From Candidatus Bathyarchaeia archaeon (GTDB lineage: Archaea > Thermoproteota > Bathyarchaeia > Bathyarchaeales > Bathycorpusculaceae): a stretch of DNA of 64,000 nucleotides. The stretch lies in the NCBI GenBank assembly GCA_038883715.1, contig JAVZLS010000004.1:1-64000 (forward strand), read 5' to 3'. Below the pieces are notes generated by a model. That model ran no database searches. It was not told the DNA's origin and worked only from the letters and a program-made list of their open reading frames with translations. Positions 8,273-17,855 of the stretch are shown in pieces. The number at the start of each line of letters is the position of its first letter. Position 1 is the stretch's first letter. Made by a program: the position numbers and the translations under genes.

Positions 8273-9220
8273 CTACTTAAGCCTAACAAGTCTGCCTGTT
8301 CTGGACGATTTAAGTGCAGCCTCAGCAATTTTTAAAGCCTTTAAGCCATCCCAGCCAGTTATGAATGGTTTTTCCTTTCCCAAGATACATCTTGCAAAGT
8401 GTTGAAGTTCAAGTTTTAGGGGCTCTTGCCACGGGATTCTTGGCTGGACAGTTTTCTCCGCTGTTTCTATGGTCAGCTCTTGTGTAATGTAGTCTAGTTT
8501 TGCTATGGCCTTGCTTCCGGTCACCACAAGTACTCTTGTTTTGTAGGGGGTTAGCCAATTTGCCTCTATGAAGGCGTTTTTCCCATGTTCGAAAGTCAGC
8601 ATTATGTGGGCGTAATCCTCAAACTTCCTATGTCTCATATTCCCGGTTTTTGCATAAACCGCCACTGGGTCATTGCTAAACAAGTAGCGCATCACGTCAA
8701 TGTCATGAATGGCCAAGTCTTTCACCACCCCAATGTCTCCCACTCTTTCAGGCCACTCTGAAACTCTTTTTGCGGTGGCGCAAACAAGTTCGCCTATATC
8801 TTGGCTTTCAATAGCCTTTTTAATGTACTGAAGCCCAGGAATAAAACGCATTAAAAAGCCAACAGAAAGGTGTAAGCCTTCCCTTTCCGCTGTTTTCAGC
8901 AAAGTTTCCGCCTGTTTTGAGTTGGCAGCCATAGGCTTCTCAACCAAAACATGCTTTCCAGCCTTTAGCGCCTTTAAAGCCTCTTTTGCGAGGCTTGTTG
9001 ACCATGTACAGACACTGACAGCCTCGATATCTTTTCTCTTCAGCATCCTTATCGCGTTAGAATAAACCTTAACGCCAAATTGTTTGGCGACGGCCTTTGC
9101 TCTTTCAGTATCAATGTCGCAAACGGCCAGAAGCTCTGTTTCCTCCAGTTCGGTAAAAACTCTTGCGTGATTTTTGCCCCAGAACCCTGTTCCTATGACG
9201 GCAACTCCAAGTTTTTTCAT
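8273..9220 (-). CDS. Gfo/Idh/MocA family oxidoreductase (WbpB-like)
   Basis: VAVIGTGFWG, HVLVEKPMA, DLAIHDID. ATG at 9220 overlaps the upstream stop (ATGA). Confidence 0.9.
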   Translation of the reverse strand: MKKLGVAVIGTGFWGKNHARVFTELEETELLAVCDIDTERAKAVAKQFGVKVYSNAIRMLKRKDIEAVSVCTWSTSLAKEALKALKAGKHVLVEKPMAANSKQAETLLKTAEREGLHLSVGFLMRFIPGLQYIKKAIESQDIGELVCATAKRVSEWPERVGDIGVVKDLAIHDIDVMRYLFSNDPVAVYAKTGNMRHRKFEDYAHIMLTFEHGKNAFIEANWLTPYKTRVLVVTGSKAIAKLDYITQELTIETAEKTVQPRIPWQEPLKLELQHFARCILGKEKPFITGWDGLKALKIAEAALKSSRTGRLVRLK

Positions 9221-10572
9221 TTCTTCCAAACCCCCCTTCCAAAACCACGATATATAAAGCCCTCAGCCTCAACTTTTAAGGGATCCAAAACGCCTTCAAG
9301 GTCAACGATTGCCGCTGGCATTTTTGCTAAAAGCCTGAGCTTTCTTAAATTTAGCCGTTTAAGTTGCTCGTGTGCTGCCAGTATCACTATGCAGTCTGCG
9401 CCTTCAACAGCTTCGATTAAGCTTTTTTTAATTTGTGCATGCTCTAGGTCTGTTATGGCTTTCCAAGATATGTAGGGGTCGTAAAGTGTTAATTTTGCCC
9501 CTTTATTCGCCAGCATATCAACAAGTTTCTTTGCAGAGTTCTTTGGAGTATCTGCGGTGTTTGGTGTTTGGGAAATTCCAAGCAGTGCTATTTTTGCTCT
9601 TCGTAATGGTTTTCCGCAGTTTTTAAGTGCGTCTCGAACCAGCTCAACTTCATGCCTTAAAACTTCCTCGTCTAATTCTATGGCTGTTTCTGGAACGCGG
9701 AGTTTCACGTTAAGGTTTTCAGCTTCTTCCAGCAATATTTTAAGTGCCTCATTTGTTGATGTCAATTGCATATGTGTGCCAGCAATAGAGCCAAAAAAGT
9801 TGCGAGCCACGAAGTAGTCTACGCCAAGCTTCTCGCAGAGAAGAGCAAACTCGGTAGCCAGTGCAGAGTTAACATTTTGGAAGGCGGCTTCAAAAAGTGC
9901 GGCGGTCTCCGCTATCTTCAAGTCTTGAACTGGGACGACCTCAGTGCTTGTTATCGATTTTATGACGTTTAATGCCATCTCCAAACTAGCCCCATCTGAT
10001 GCAGCAACAATCCGTCTACAGCTTGACAGCCCCTTAAGCGTCTGTCTTTCCGGAAAAAGGATCGGGCTGTAAGCCAAGTAAAAGTCTGAACCAGCCCTAA
10101 ATCCAGAGGAGCTTTCCAGAACTTCTCTGAGCATTTCCTCCGTTATGCCTATTCCAACAACACTTGTGACGATAATTAATGTTTCTTTTCGAAGGCATGA
10201 GCCTATGGACTTTAGAGTTTTTTCTAGAGGGGAATAATCTACCTTACCTTTATCATCTACAACAACGGGAGTGGTAACCAATATGACGTTACTTTGGGCT
10301 AATGCGGCTTTCAAATCATTAGTAGCTTTTAGCCTTCCACTCGCCAAATTTTTCCGGAAGACCGGCTCCACTTCATGCTTCAAAAATGGAACTTTGCCTT
10401 TTTGTATACGCTCTACAGTGGCTTGGTCGCTGTCGACGCATATAACCTTAAAGCCAGCCTCGGCAAAAAGACAGGCATGAAGGAGGCCTAAACGTCCACA
10501 ATCCACTATGCTAACTGCCCTTTCGCCTCGCTGTTCCGAAGTTTTGGTTTCTATGGATTTTGTTGATAGCAT
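9217..10572 (-). CDS. UDP-sugar 6-dehydrogenase family protein (WecC/WbpA-like) with degenerate catalytic motifs
   Basis: Three-domain layout is recognisable (FYLAYSP, KIAETAALFEAAFQNVN, IALLGIS, YDPY, ADCIVILAAH), but GxGxxG, the catalytic Lys and the GGHC Cys motif are altered or missing. Confidence 0.8.
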   Translation of the reverse strand: MLSTKSIETKTSEQRGERAVSIVDCGRLGLLHACLFAEAGFKVICVDSDQATVERIQKGKVPFLKHEVEPVFRKNLASGRLKATNDLKAALAQSNVILVTTPVVVDDKGKVDYSPLEKTLKSIGSCLRKETLIIVTSVVGIGITEEMLREVLESSSGFRAGSDFYLAYSPILFPERQTLKGLSSCRRIVAASDGASLEMALNVIKSITSTEVVPVQDLKIAETAALFEAAFQNVNSALATEFALLCEKLGVDYFVARNFFGSIAGTHMQLTSTNEALKILLEEAENLNVKLRVPETAIELDEEVLRHEVELVRDALKNCGKPLRRAKIALLGISQTPNTADTPKNSAKKLVDMLANKGAKLTLYDPYISWKAITDLEHAQIKKSLIEAVEGADCIVILAAHEQLKRLNLRKLRLLAKMPAAIVDLEGVLDPLKVEAEGFIYRGFGRGVWKK

Positions 10573-10609
10573 TCCGGTTTCTCCGAGTTGCAGAAGTACA
10601 TATGCTGGT

Positions 10610-11986
10610 TTAGACTTTTAAGTTGTCGATTATCTTTTTAAGTTTTAAACTGAAGTCTTGGACAAGCTTTAGGGCTTTCTTCTTCGTTTTCGCTTCTGCA
10701 TAAAGCCTGTATAGTGGTTCTGTTCCGCTTGGTCTGACAAGTATGGAGCTTTTATCATCAAACCAGATCTTGACGCCGTCGATGGTGTTTATGTTTAGCC
10801 CCTTTGTTTGTTCGATGAGTTTTTCTAAAACTTTTTCTTTGAGCTGTTCGGGGCATTCAACCTTGCCCTTCTCGATAAAGTATCTGGGCAGTTCTGCGAG
10901 AAGGCTTGAAAGCTTTTTGCCAGTTTCAGCCATTATACCCAAAATTAGGGCTGTGGCCATTGCGCCATCCCTGACTGGCTGGTGAGGCCCGTAAAAGATT
11001 CCGCCGTTTTCCTCCCCGCCAAGTTTTGCCCCTAATTTTTTCATTGTATGAGAGACTATGACGCTTCCAACTTTTGTCCAGACAATTTCCCCACCGTAAG
11101 CGTCGGCGATATCCTTTACCAAAGTTGATGAACTTATGGGCGAGACAATTTTTTCGCCCCGATTTTTTAGCAGAAAGTGTTTTTCAACGAGGGCGAAGGT
11201 TTTGTCGCCCCAGTGGATTTCCCCTTTCTCGTCAATGAAGATTGAGCGGTCAGCGTCACCATCAAAGGCGACGCCTAGGTCAGCACCCACAGCCTTGACT
11301 GTTGAGGCTAAATCTCCAAGGTTTTCTGGTCGCGGTTCAGGCGGTCTAGCCGGGAATGTTCCATCAATGTTTGCGTTTATGGTTGTGACGCGACAGCCAA
11401 GTTCCCTAAGAAGTTTGGGAACCGCTAGAGCTGCAACGCTGTTTGCAGCGTCAACGACAACATGATAGTTTTTGCTGGCTATTTTGGCTGTGTCCACATG
11501 CCCCTTTATGGCTTCAATGTATTCTTCAATAATTCCAGTGAGCGTTTGCAAGTCGCCTATTTTGTCCCATCCTACAAGGCGAATCTTATGGTCAAAGAAT
11601 ATGTTTTCAATTTCGATTTCTTGTTCCCGTGCAATTTCTATTCCATCATTCCATACAACTTTTATCCCGTTATATTCTGGCGGGTTATGGGAAGCTGTTA
11701 TGATTACCCCACCGTCAAGCTTGTGCTTTTTAACAGCATATTGCAATGCTGGTGTAGGCGCCATTCCAGCAAACAGCACATTGCAGCCAGTAGCATTTAA
11801 ACCCGATATTATGGCTTTTGCAAGCATAGGGCTGCTTGTTCTGGCATCATACCCAACAAGCAAATCCCCACAATTGAAGTATGTGCCTATTGCACTTCCA
11901 ATAGTTATTGCAAGCTCTGGCGTTAACTCTTTGTTAACGAGCCCGCGGATTCCATTAGTTCCAAATAGTCTCCTTTGGCTTAGCAT
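10610..11986 (-). CDS. glmM: Phosphoglucosamine mutase / phosphohexomutase
   Basis: LFGTNGIRG, ITASHNPPEYNG, FDGDADR, GGEENGG, RPSGTEP. Confidence 0.9.
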   Translation of the reverse strand: MLSQRRLFGTNGIRGLVNKELTPELAITIGSAIGTYFNCGDLLVGYDARTSSPMLAKAIISGLNATGCNVLFAGMAPTPALQYAVKKHKLDGGVIITASHNPPEYNGIKVVWNDGIEIAREQEIEIENIFFDHKIRLVGWDKIGDLQTLTGIIEEYIEAIKGHVDTAKIASKNYHVVVDAANSVAALAVPKLLRELGCRVTTINANIDGTFPARPPEPRPENLGDLASTVKAVGADLGVAFDGDADRSIFIDEKGEIHWGDKTFALVEKHFLLKNRGEKIVSPISSSTLVKDIADAYGGEIVWTKVGSVIVSHTMKKLGAKLGGEENGGIFYGPHQPVRDGAMATALILGIMAETGKKLSSLLAELPRYFIEKGKVECPEQLKEKVLEKLIEQTKGLNINTIDGVKIWFDDKSSILVRPSGTEPLYRLYAEAKTKKKALKLVQDFSLKLKKIIDNLKV

Positions 11987-11998
11987 AGCTCACCACCA

Positions 11999-13084
11999 TT
12001 AAATAATGCACTTAGCCTCTGACACGTCCCGGTAAACTTCTTTCGCTGGACATATTGAAACCCCTTCCGCCAATGAGACGTTATCCCCTATAACTGCACA
12101 GTCGCCTATAACACAGTTACCGCTAATTTTAACCCCTCTACCGATAATGGCGTTTTCGCCAATTATAGCTCCATTTATAAAAGAATCATCTGAAATGGAG
12201 ACTCCTGGAAATACTATGGAGTTTCTTATGTGAACCTTTCTTCCAACATTAACATTTTTCCCGAGAACCGTGTATGGTCCAATTGTTGAATACTCTTCGA
12301 TGGTAACGCTTTCATCGCAGAATACCGGCTCATTTATCTGCCCACCACTTTTTATCACATTTTTTAGCTTTCCACGAAGATTATCTAATAGAGTTTTGTT
12401 TACTTCCAAATAGTCCTCGGCTTTGCCAATATCCGTCCACAAGCCATTGAACGTGAAACCAAAAAGCTTGCCTTCTTCCGCCAATTTTGGGAACACTTCA
12501 CGTTCAAGAGAAACCTTTCTTCCAGTCTGGACGTATTTGAAAATTTCGTGGCTGAGAACGTATATCCCAGCATTTATGAGGTTTGACGGAGATTCTTCTG
12601 GCTGCGGTTTCTCGATAAACTTTTTTATTCTACCATTATAATCGAGTTCTGCAACTCCGTACCGGCTTGGATCTTTAACTGTGCATAGGGCTATGGTTGC
12701 GGTGGCATCTTCTTTCTCATGTCTTTTGATTATTTCGGCGTAGTTTATGTTGGTGAAGATGTCGCCATTTACCACCAAGAAATTGTCGTCTCCTAGGAGT
12801 TCTTCAGCATGCTTTATTGCGCCGCCGGTTCCGAGGGGCCTTTTTGGAGGGTCGTATGAGTAGGTGATTTTCACTGTGCCCTTGGAAAATTTGGAGTTTT
12901 TTATGTGGAAGGCTGTTTGATGATTAACCGCCAATATTGCCTCTCTTATTCCGCTTTTTGAGAGGCTTTCAAGGGTCCACTCTAAAAGCGGCTTGTTAAG
13001 AACTGGGAATAGAATTTTGGGTCTTGTACAGCTTAGTGGTCTAAGTCTGGTTGCAAATCCCCCGGCCAGAATTAATGCCTTCAA
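11999..13084 (-). CDS. NDP-sugar pyrophosphorylase (mannose-1-phosphate guanylyltransferase-like) with C-terminal left-handed beta-helix
   Basis: LAGGFATRLRPLS, LGTGGAI, NGDI, FIEKP, INAGIY, WTDIG and hexapeptide repeats. Confidence 0.9.
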   Translation of the reverse strand: MKALILAGGFATRLRPLSCTRPKILFPVLNKPLLEWTLESLSKSGIREAILAVNHQTAFHIKNSKFSKGTVKITYSYDPPKRPLGTGGAIKHAEELLGDDNFLVVNGDIFTNINYAEIIKRHEKEDATATIALCTVKDPSRYGVAELDYNGRIKKFIEKPQPEESPSNLINAGIYVLSHEIFKYVQTGRKVSLEREVFPKLAEEGKLFGFTFNGLWTDIGKAEDYLEVNKTLLDNLRGKLKNVIKSGGQINEPVFCDESVTIEEYSTIGPYTVLGKNVNVGRKVHIRNSIVFPGVSISDDSFINGAIIGENAIIGRGVKISGNCVIGDCAVIGDNVSLAEGVSICPAKEVYRDVSEAKCII

Positions 13085-13165
13085 TGGAGCTTCACCGTTT
13101 TATGCGCAAGCTTATATTCAAATTCCTTAGGAATAAAACAGTTTCGTGAAGATGGAGGACAGCTC

Positions 13166-13924
13166 ATGAAAGTCCTACTTCATGAAATGAGTTGGGTGGA
13201 GGCAAAAGAATATTTTAGCAGAAATGACATCGTTATTGTTCCAGTCGGCTCCAATGAGCAGCATGGCCCACAAAATCCCTTGGGAACAGATCATTTTATC
13301 GCTAAGGCAATAGCTGAAGAGGCCGCCAAACGCACAAATGCCCTTTGTTTGCAGGTCATTCCCTTTGGCGTGAGCCACCACCACAGACAATTTTGGGGCA
13401 CAATTCATGTTTCGCCTAAAACCCTAAAAGCCTATGTTAGGGATGTTTGCCTATCCCTAAACTATTATGGTGTGAAGAAAATTGTCATTGTTAATGGGCA
13501 TGGCGGAAACCTAAACGCCCTAACAGAGCTGGCCAGAGAGCTACGGGAAAGGGGAATTTTCATATCAGTTTTTCAGTGGTGGCCGGCTGCTGGAAAACTT
13601 TTGCCGGACATATTCAAGCCAGAAGAGCGGGGACACGCTGGTGCTGAAGAGACTTCTGTGAATTTGGCTTTGCATCCGCATCTTGTAAACATGGATCGTG
13701 CTGTAGATGAGGAAGTGCGGGGACACGTTGCAGAGGCTGAAGGCATAATACTTCCTTTAGACACTGTGGACCGCACAAGCTCGGGGGTTTTCGGTAAGTC
13801 AACAACCGCCCTGGCGGATAAGGGTAAACAAGTTTTGGAAGCAGTAGTTAATGAGCTTGTTAAACACATCAATTTGTTGAAAAGGGCGAAAGTTGAGGAT
13901 TTGATGGCTAAGCCGATGGTTTAA
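13166..13924 (+). CDS. Creatininase family amidohydrolase (ArfB/MftE-like)
   Basis: PVGSNEQHG, GTD, NGHGGN, HAGAEETS. Confidence 0.88.
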   Translation: MKVLLHEMSWVEAKEYFSRNDIVIVPVGSNEQHGPQNPLGTDHFIAKAIAEEAAKRTNALCLQVIPFGVSHHHRQFWGTIHVSPKTLKAYVRDVCLSLNYYGVKKIVIVNGHGGNLNALTELARELRERGIFISVFQWWPAAGKLLPDIFKPEERGHAGAEETSVNLALHPHLVNMDRAVDEEVRGHVAEAEGIILPLDTVDRTSSGVFGKSTTALADKGKQVLEAVVNELVKHINLLKRAKVEDLMAKPMV

Positions 13925-13926
13925 CG

Positions 13927-15477
13927 CTATTCCCATTCTATAGTTGCAGGCGGCTTATGAGTGATGTCATAAACAACTCTGACAACTTCCGGTATTTCGC
14001 CGGTTATTCTCGTGGATATTTTCTCCAAAATCTTGTAGGGAATTCTTGCAAAACTCGCCGTCATAGCCTCACGACTTTCCACAGCCCTTATGGCTGCAAC
14101 ATAACCGTACGCTCTGGCGTCGCCCTTAACACCCGTGGCTTCAGTGTTCGTTAAAACTGCAAAATACTGCCACAGTTTCTCTTTTAAGCCGCTTTTCTCG
14201 ATTTCTTCCCTAACAATTCTGTCCGCCTTCCTAACAATCTCAACCTTTTCCTTGGTTACTTCGCCCACAACCCGCACCGCCAGTCCTGGACCTGGAAAAG
14301 GCTGCCTAAACACTATCTCTTTCGGTAATCCAATAATTTGGGCGACTTTGCGAACCTCATCTTTGTATAAGTCCCTTAGAGGCTCAACAATTTTCTTAAA
14401 TTTAATTTTTGTTGGAAGCCCAGCAACATTATGATGCGTCTTAATTTTGTCTGAAAACCTCCTGAATCCAGATTCAATTCTATCCGGGTAAATGGTTCCT
14501 TGAATGAGGTGTTCTGCACCAACCCTCTCTGCAATTTCTTCAAAAACTCTGATGAACTCTTCGCCTATAACCTTCCTCTTCATTTCCGGGTCTGTTACGC
14601 CTTTAAGCCTTTCAAAAAATCTTTCCTTCGCATTCACGATAACTAGGTTTATTTTAAGTTTTTGAAAAGTGTTCCTAACAAATTCTGGTTCGTTTTCTCT
14701 CATGAATCCATGGTCGACAAAGACTGCGGTTAGTTTTTCGCCTAACGCCTTGGCTGCTATGGTTGTGGCTACGCTGGAGTCTATGCCCCCGCTTAGAGCT
14801 ATTATGGCTTTACCGTTGCCAACCTCTCGCTTAACCTCTTCAACCATCTTGTCTATGACGTTTTCCATTTTCCAGTTAGCAACACAGCTGCACACTTCGA
14901 AGATAAAGTTGCGCAGCATTTTGGCGCCATTTGCTGTGTGCATCACTTCTGGATGCCACTGTAAGCCGTAAATTGGTTTGGTTTTGTGCTTGAATGCGGC
15001 AACAGGGCAATCTTGTGTATGGGCTAGAACGTCAAACTCTTGAGAAACAGAAAACACCGTGTCACTATGGCTCATCCAAACGCGCTCTTTTCGGTTTAAG
15101 CCTTTCAAAACATCAACCGGTTTGTCTATTGTGACATAGGTTAAGCCGAACTCTTTCCGCTTGGCTGGTCCAACTTTTCCACCGAAAATTTGAGCTATAA
15201 GCTGATGCCCATAACACAAGCCCAGAATTGGCAGCCCCAAATCAAAAATGCGTTTGTCAGGCTTTGGCGCATCAACGTCAAAAACGCTTGCGGGACCGCC
15301 CGACAGAATTAACCCCTTAACGTTAAACTTTTCGCCTACAAGCCTTATTTCCTCAATCTTTATGTCATGGGGGACTATTTCTGAGTATACACCATTTTCC
15401 CTAACACGCCTCCCTATAAGGTGGCAGTATTGCCCCCCAAAGTCCAATACAAGTATGGCATCATATTTCAAGTACAC
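13927..15477 (-). CDS. guaA: GMP synthase (glutamine-hydrolysing), fused GATase + ATPPase
   Basis: LDFGGQY, GLCYGHQ, QWHPEV, LSGGIDSS, QGTIYPD, KTHHNV, PFPGPGL, KPPATIEWE. Confidence 0.96.
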   Translation of the reverse strand: MYLKYDAILVLDFGGQYCHLIGRRVRENGVYSEIVPHDIKIEEIRLVGEKFNVKGLILSGGPASVFDVDAPKPDKRIFDLGLPILGLCYGHQLIAQIFGGKVGPAKRKEFGLTYVTIDKPVDVLKGLNRKERVWMSHSDTVFSVSQEFDVLAHTQDCPVAAFKHKTKPIYGLQWHPEVMHTANGAKMLRNFIFEVCSCVANWKMENVIDKMVEEVKREVGNGKAIIALSGGIDSSVATTIAAKALGEKLTAVFVDHGFMRENEPEFVRNTFQKLKINLVIVNAKERFFERLKGVTDPEMKRKVIGEEFIRVFEEIAERVGAEHLIQGTIYPDRIESGFRRFSDKIKTHHNVAGLPTKIKFKKIVEPLRDLYKDEVRKVAQIIGLPKEIVFRQPFPGPGLAVRVVGEVTKEKVEIVRKADRIVREEIEKSGLKEKLWQYFAVLTNTEATGVKGDARAYGYVAAIRAVESREAMTASFARIPYKILEKISTRITGEIPEVVRVVYDITHKPPATIEWE

Positions 15478-15527
15478 ACACGCTCATATGGCTTTGAACA
15501 TGAAAGAAAATGGCAATTTAAAGTTTG

Positions 15528-16928
15528 TTAGGCGTAGATGTACTTTTGCAACTCCCAAAGTGTAATTGCGCCTTTATCATCTTTAGGCATGTGGGGCTCG
15601 TATTCGTGCCACTCTCGCATTTTAAGCTCCAAATACTTCTCGGAGTTTTCTTTACCCAGAGCCCTTATGCAAACGTCGTCGCTCTTTAACTCCTCTAAGG
15701 CTTCTTTAAGCGAACCAGGCAGAACTTCTATGCCAAGCTCTCTTCGTTTTGTCTCGCTCAAATGGTAAACGTTCACATCAACAGCGTCGCCTGGCTCTAT
15801 CTTCCTTTTAATGCCATCTAAACCAGCCTCAAAAATTGCAGCATAAGCCAAGTAAGGATTGCAGAGCGGGTCTGGACAACGGAACTCTATTCTGGCTTCA
15901 TTTTCCTTTCCAGGGAAGTATTCTGGCACCCTTATCAAGGCTGAACGGTTTTTCCGGCTCCAAGTGATGTAAACTGGAGCTTCATAACCCGGTACAAGCC
16001 TCTTATAACTGTTCACCGTAGGCGCCACAACTGCGCATAAAGCCCTTGCATGTTCAAGAATTCCACCTATAAAATAGCGGCACTTCTGGGATAAGTGGGC
16101 ATAACCATCTTTATCATAGAAAACATTTCTTCCAGTTTTCGGGTCGAAAAGACCAAGGTGAACGTGCATTCCATTCCCGGGCTTTCCAAACCATGGTTTT
16201 GGCATGAAAGTTGCTATCCAACCGTATTTTCTATCGGCAACAGCCTTAGCTGCAAACTTATAACGCATAATATTGTCTGCGGTAGTCACAGGGTCAGAGT
16301 ACTTGAAGGTTATTTCATTTTGGGCTGCGCCGACCTCATGGTGCTGCCTCTCAACGGCTATGCCCATAGTGAAAAGCGCATTGGTTAACTCCATTCGGAA
16401 GGCTTCAGTAACATCCCTACCCGGTGCTATGTCAAAATAGCGCTGCTTATCTATGAGGTGATTTTCAACAGGCTGAAAGCCACCATCAACAGTTTTTCGC
16501 ACAAGATAAAATTCCAGCTCCGCAGCTGCTGTTGGCTCATATCCCTCAGCCAATAATTTTTCAAGGGTTTTTTGGCAGATATATCTTGGGTCGCCTTCAA
16601 AGCGCTTGCCCTCCGGCGTGTACAAGTTGCAGACGAAGCTCACAACGCTTTTATCATAGAAATAGTATGGGCAAACCGTGAAGGTAGTGATGTCGGGCTT
16701 CATGAGCATGTCGCTTTCTTCTATGCCAACTCCACCAATTAACGATGAGCCATCAAAGCCTACACCCTCAACTATGGCATTTTCCACCTCATCTACAGGA
16801 ATTGTTCTGCCCTTAAAAAAGCCAAGCAAGTCTGTAAAATGCAACAAGACATGGTCAGCGTTCTTCATAAGCTTAAAGCACAACTCGACATTCTGGTTCT
16901 GAAACATTCGTCGTAACGAATTTCTCAT
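15528..16928 (-). CDS. glnA: Glutamine synthetase type I
   Basis: FDGSS, ELEFY, HHEVG, TFMPKP, GNGMHVH, NSYKRLVPGYEAP, NRSALIRVP, RIEFRCPDP. Confidence 0.95.
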   Translation of the reverse strand: MRNSLRRMFQNQNVELCFKLMKNADHVLLHFTDLLGFFKGRTIPVDEVENAIVEGVGFDGSSLIGGVGIEESDMLMKPDITTFTVCPYYFYDKSVVSFVCNLYTPEGKRFEGDPRYICQKTLEKLLAEGYEPTAAAELEFYLVRKTVDGGFQPVENHLIDKQRYFDIAPGRDVTEAFRMELTNALFTMGIAVERQHHEVGAAQNEITFKYSDPVTTADNIMRYKFAAKAVADRKYGWIATFMPKPWFGKPGNGMHVHLGLFDPKTGRNVFYDKDGYAHLSQKCRYFIGGILEHARALCAVVAPTVNSYKRLVPGYEAPVYITWSRKNRSALIRVPEYFPGKENEARIEFRCPDPLCNPYLAYAAIFEAGLDGIKRKIEPGDAVDVNVYHLSETKRRELGIEVLPGSLKEALEELKSDDVCIRALGKENSEKYLELKMREWHEYEPHMPKDDKGAITLWELQKYIYA

Positions 16929-17005
16929 TACGCCAAACCTCTAGATAATTTTACAACAAAAAAGATTTTGGTAATACATATAAAAGGCTTTTCAAAGAAA
17001 ATGAT

Positions 17006-17090
17006 AACAAATGTTAAATATAAAGTCAAGTTAGTTGTACAAATGTAGCACAAATAAAGGAGCGTATACGTAATGGAAGATACAAATGTT
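17006..17090. promoter_or_regulatory. Candidate Lrp-family operator array (ACAAATGT repeats) in the glnA/lrp divergent promoter
   Basis: ACAAATGT at 17007, 17039 and 17082, ACAAATAA at 17050; TATA-like ATATAAA at ~17018 lies between the first two. Confidence 0.45.
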
Positions 17091-17585
17091 CAAAAGCCAC
17101 CCTCCAAGGAAAAAGTGGAGAAAAAACGTGTTAGAAACGAGGAGGAACTAAACAATGTAGACATGAAAATCTTAAGGGCTCTAACCTTTGACGCGAGGCT
17201 TTCTTCAAGGCAGCTGGCCAAGCAGTGCAACATATCCACAAGCACAGCCCTATCAAGAGTTAAAAAATTGGAGGAAAAGGGCATAATAAAGGGGTATACC
17301 GCCCTAATGGACCACGAGAAACTCGGCTACGCCTTAACTGTCGTGGTCGAAATAACAGTTTCAAAAGGGAGACTTTTAGAGGTTGAAAGCGAAATCGCAA
17401 AGCTTCCAAACGTCTGCTGTGTATATGATGTGACCGGACTGATAGACGCTATAGTAGTAGCCAAATTCAAAAACCGAGAGGAACTAAGCAAATTTGCAAA
17501 ACGCTTGTTGGCGATGCCCTACGTAGAAAGAACAAACACCCACGTGGTACTAACAACCATAAAAGAAGATTTCAGACTAATCTAA
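17073..17585 (+). CDS. Lrp/AsnC family transcriptional regulator
   Basis: VDMKILRAL..DARLSSRQLAK..HTH..LEEKGIIKGY; RAM domain VYDVTGLIDAIV. Confidence 0.92.
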   Translation: MEDTNVQKPPSKEKVEKKRVRNEEELNNVDMKILRALTFDARLSSRQLAKQCNISTSTALSRVKKLEEKGIIKGYTALMDHEKLGYALTVVVEITVSKGRLLEVESEIAKLPNVCCVYDVTGLIDAIVVAKFKNREELSKFAKRLLAMPYVERTNTHVVLTTIKEDFRLI

Positions 17586-17672
17586 AACCTCCCTCTCTTT
17601 TTATGTTAACCCGGAAATCGCTAAAAGGAAACTTTAATTTCACCTAAAAATTAAGGAATAAAGCGGTGGCAT

Positions 17673-17786
17673 GCGGGGGTTGCCAAGCCTGGCCAAAGGC
17701 GCAGCCCTGAGGGGAAACATCCCAAAAGTTTCGCAGAACGGCTGTCCCGTAGGGGTTCGTGGGTTCAAATCCCACCCCCCGCACCA
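17673..17786 (+). tRNA. tRNA-Leu(GAG) with a 26-nt intron at 37/38 (17713-17738); CCA encoded
   Basis: Acceptor GCGGGGG/CCCCCGC, anticodon stem CAGCC/GGCTG, long variable arm, T arm GTGGG-TTCAAAT-CCCAC; BHB-like motif with intron helix GAAAC/GTTTC. Confidence 0.92.
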
Positions 17787-17855
17787 AATCATGATCATAA
17801 CAAATCATAGAAAACTATAACATTAAACACTGCATTTTGGTAACATCTCGGATTT

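Noticed and set aside
11472-12002. Long antisense ORFs in the track (e.g. 11472-12002, 21400-21903, 48251-48763, 59743-60123)
   Set aside because: They lie opposite well-supported genes, have Ser/Phe-rich shadow composition and show no motifs
17707-17739. Alternative splicing of tRNA-Leu to give a CAG anticodon from the intron
   Set aside because: It would give an 8-nt loop and no BHB geometry supports that register
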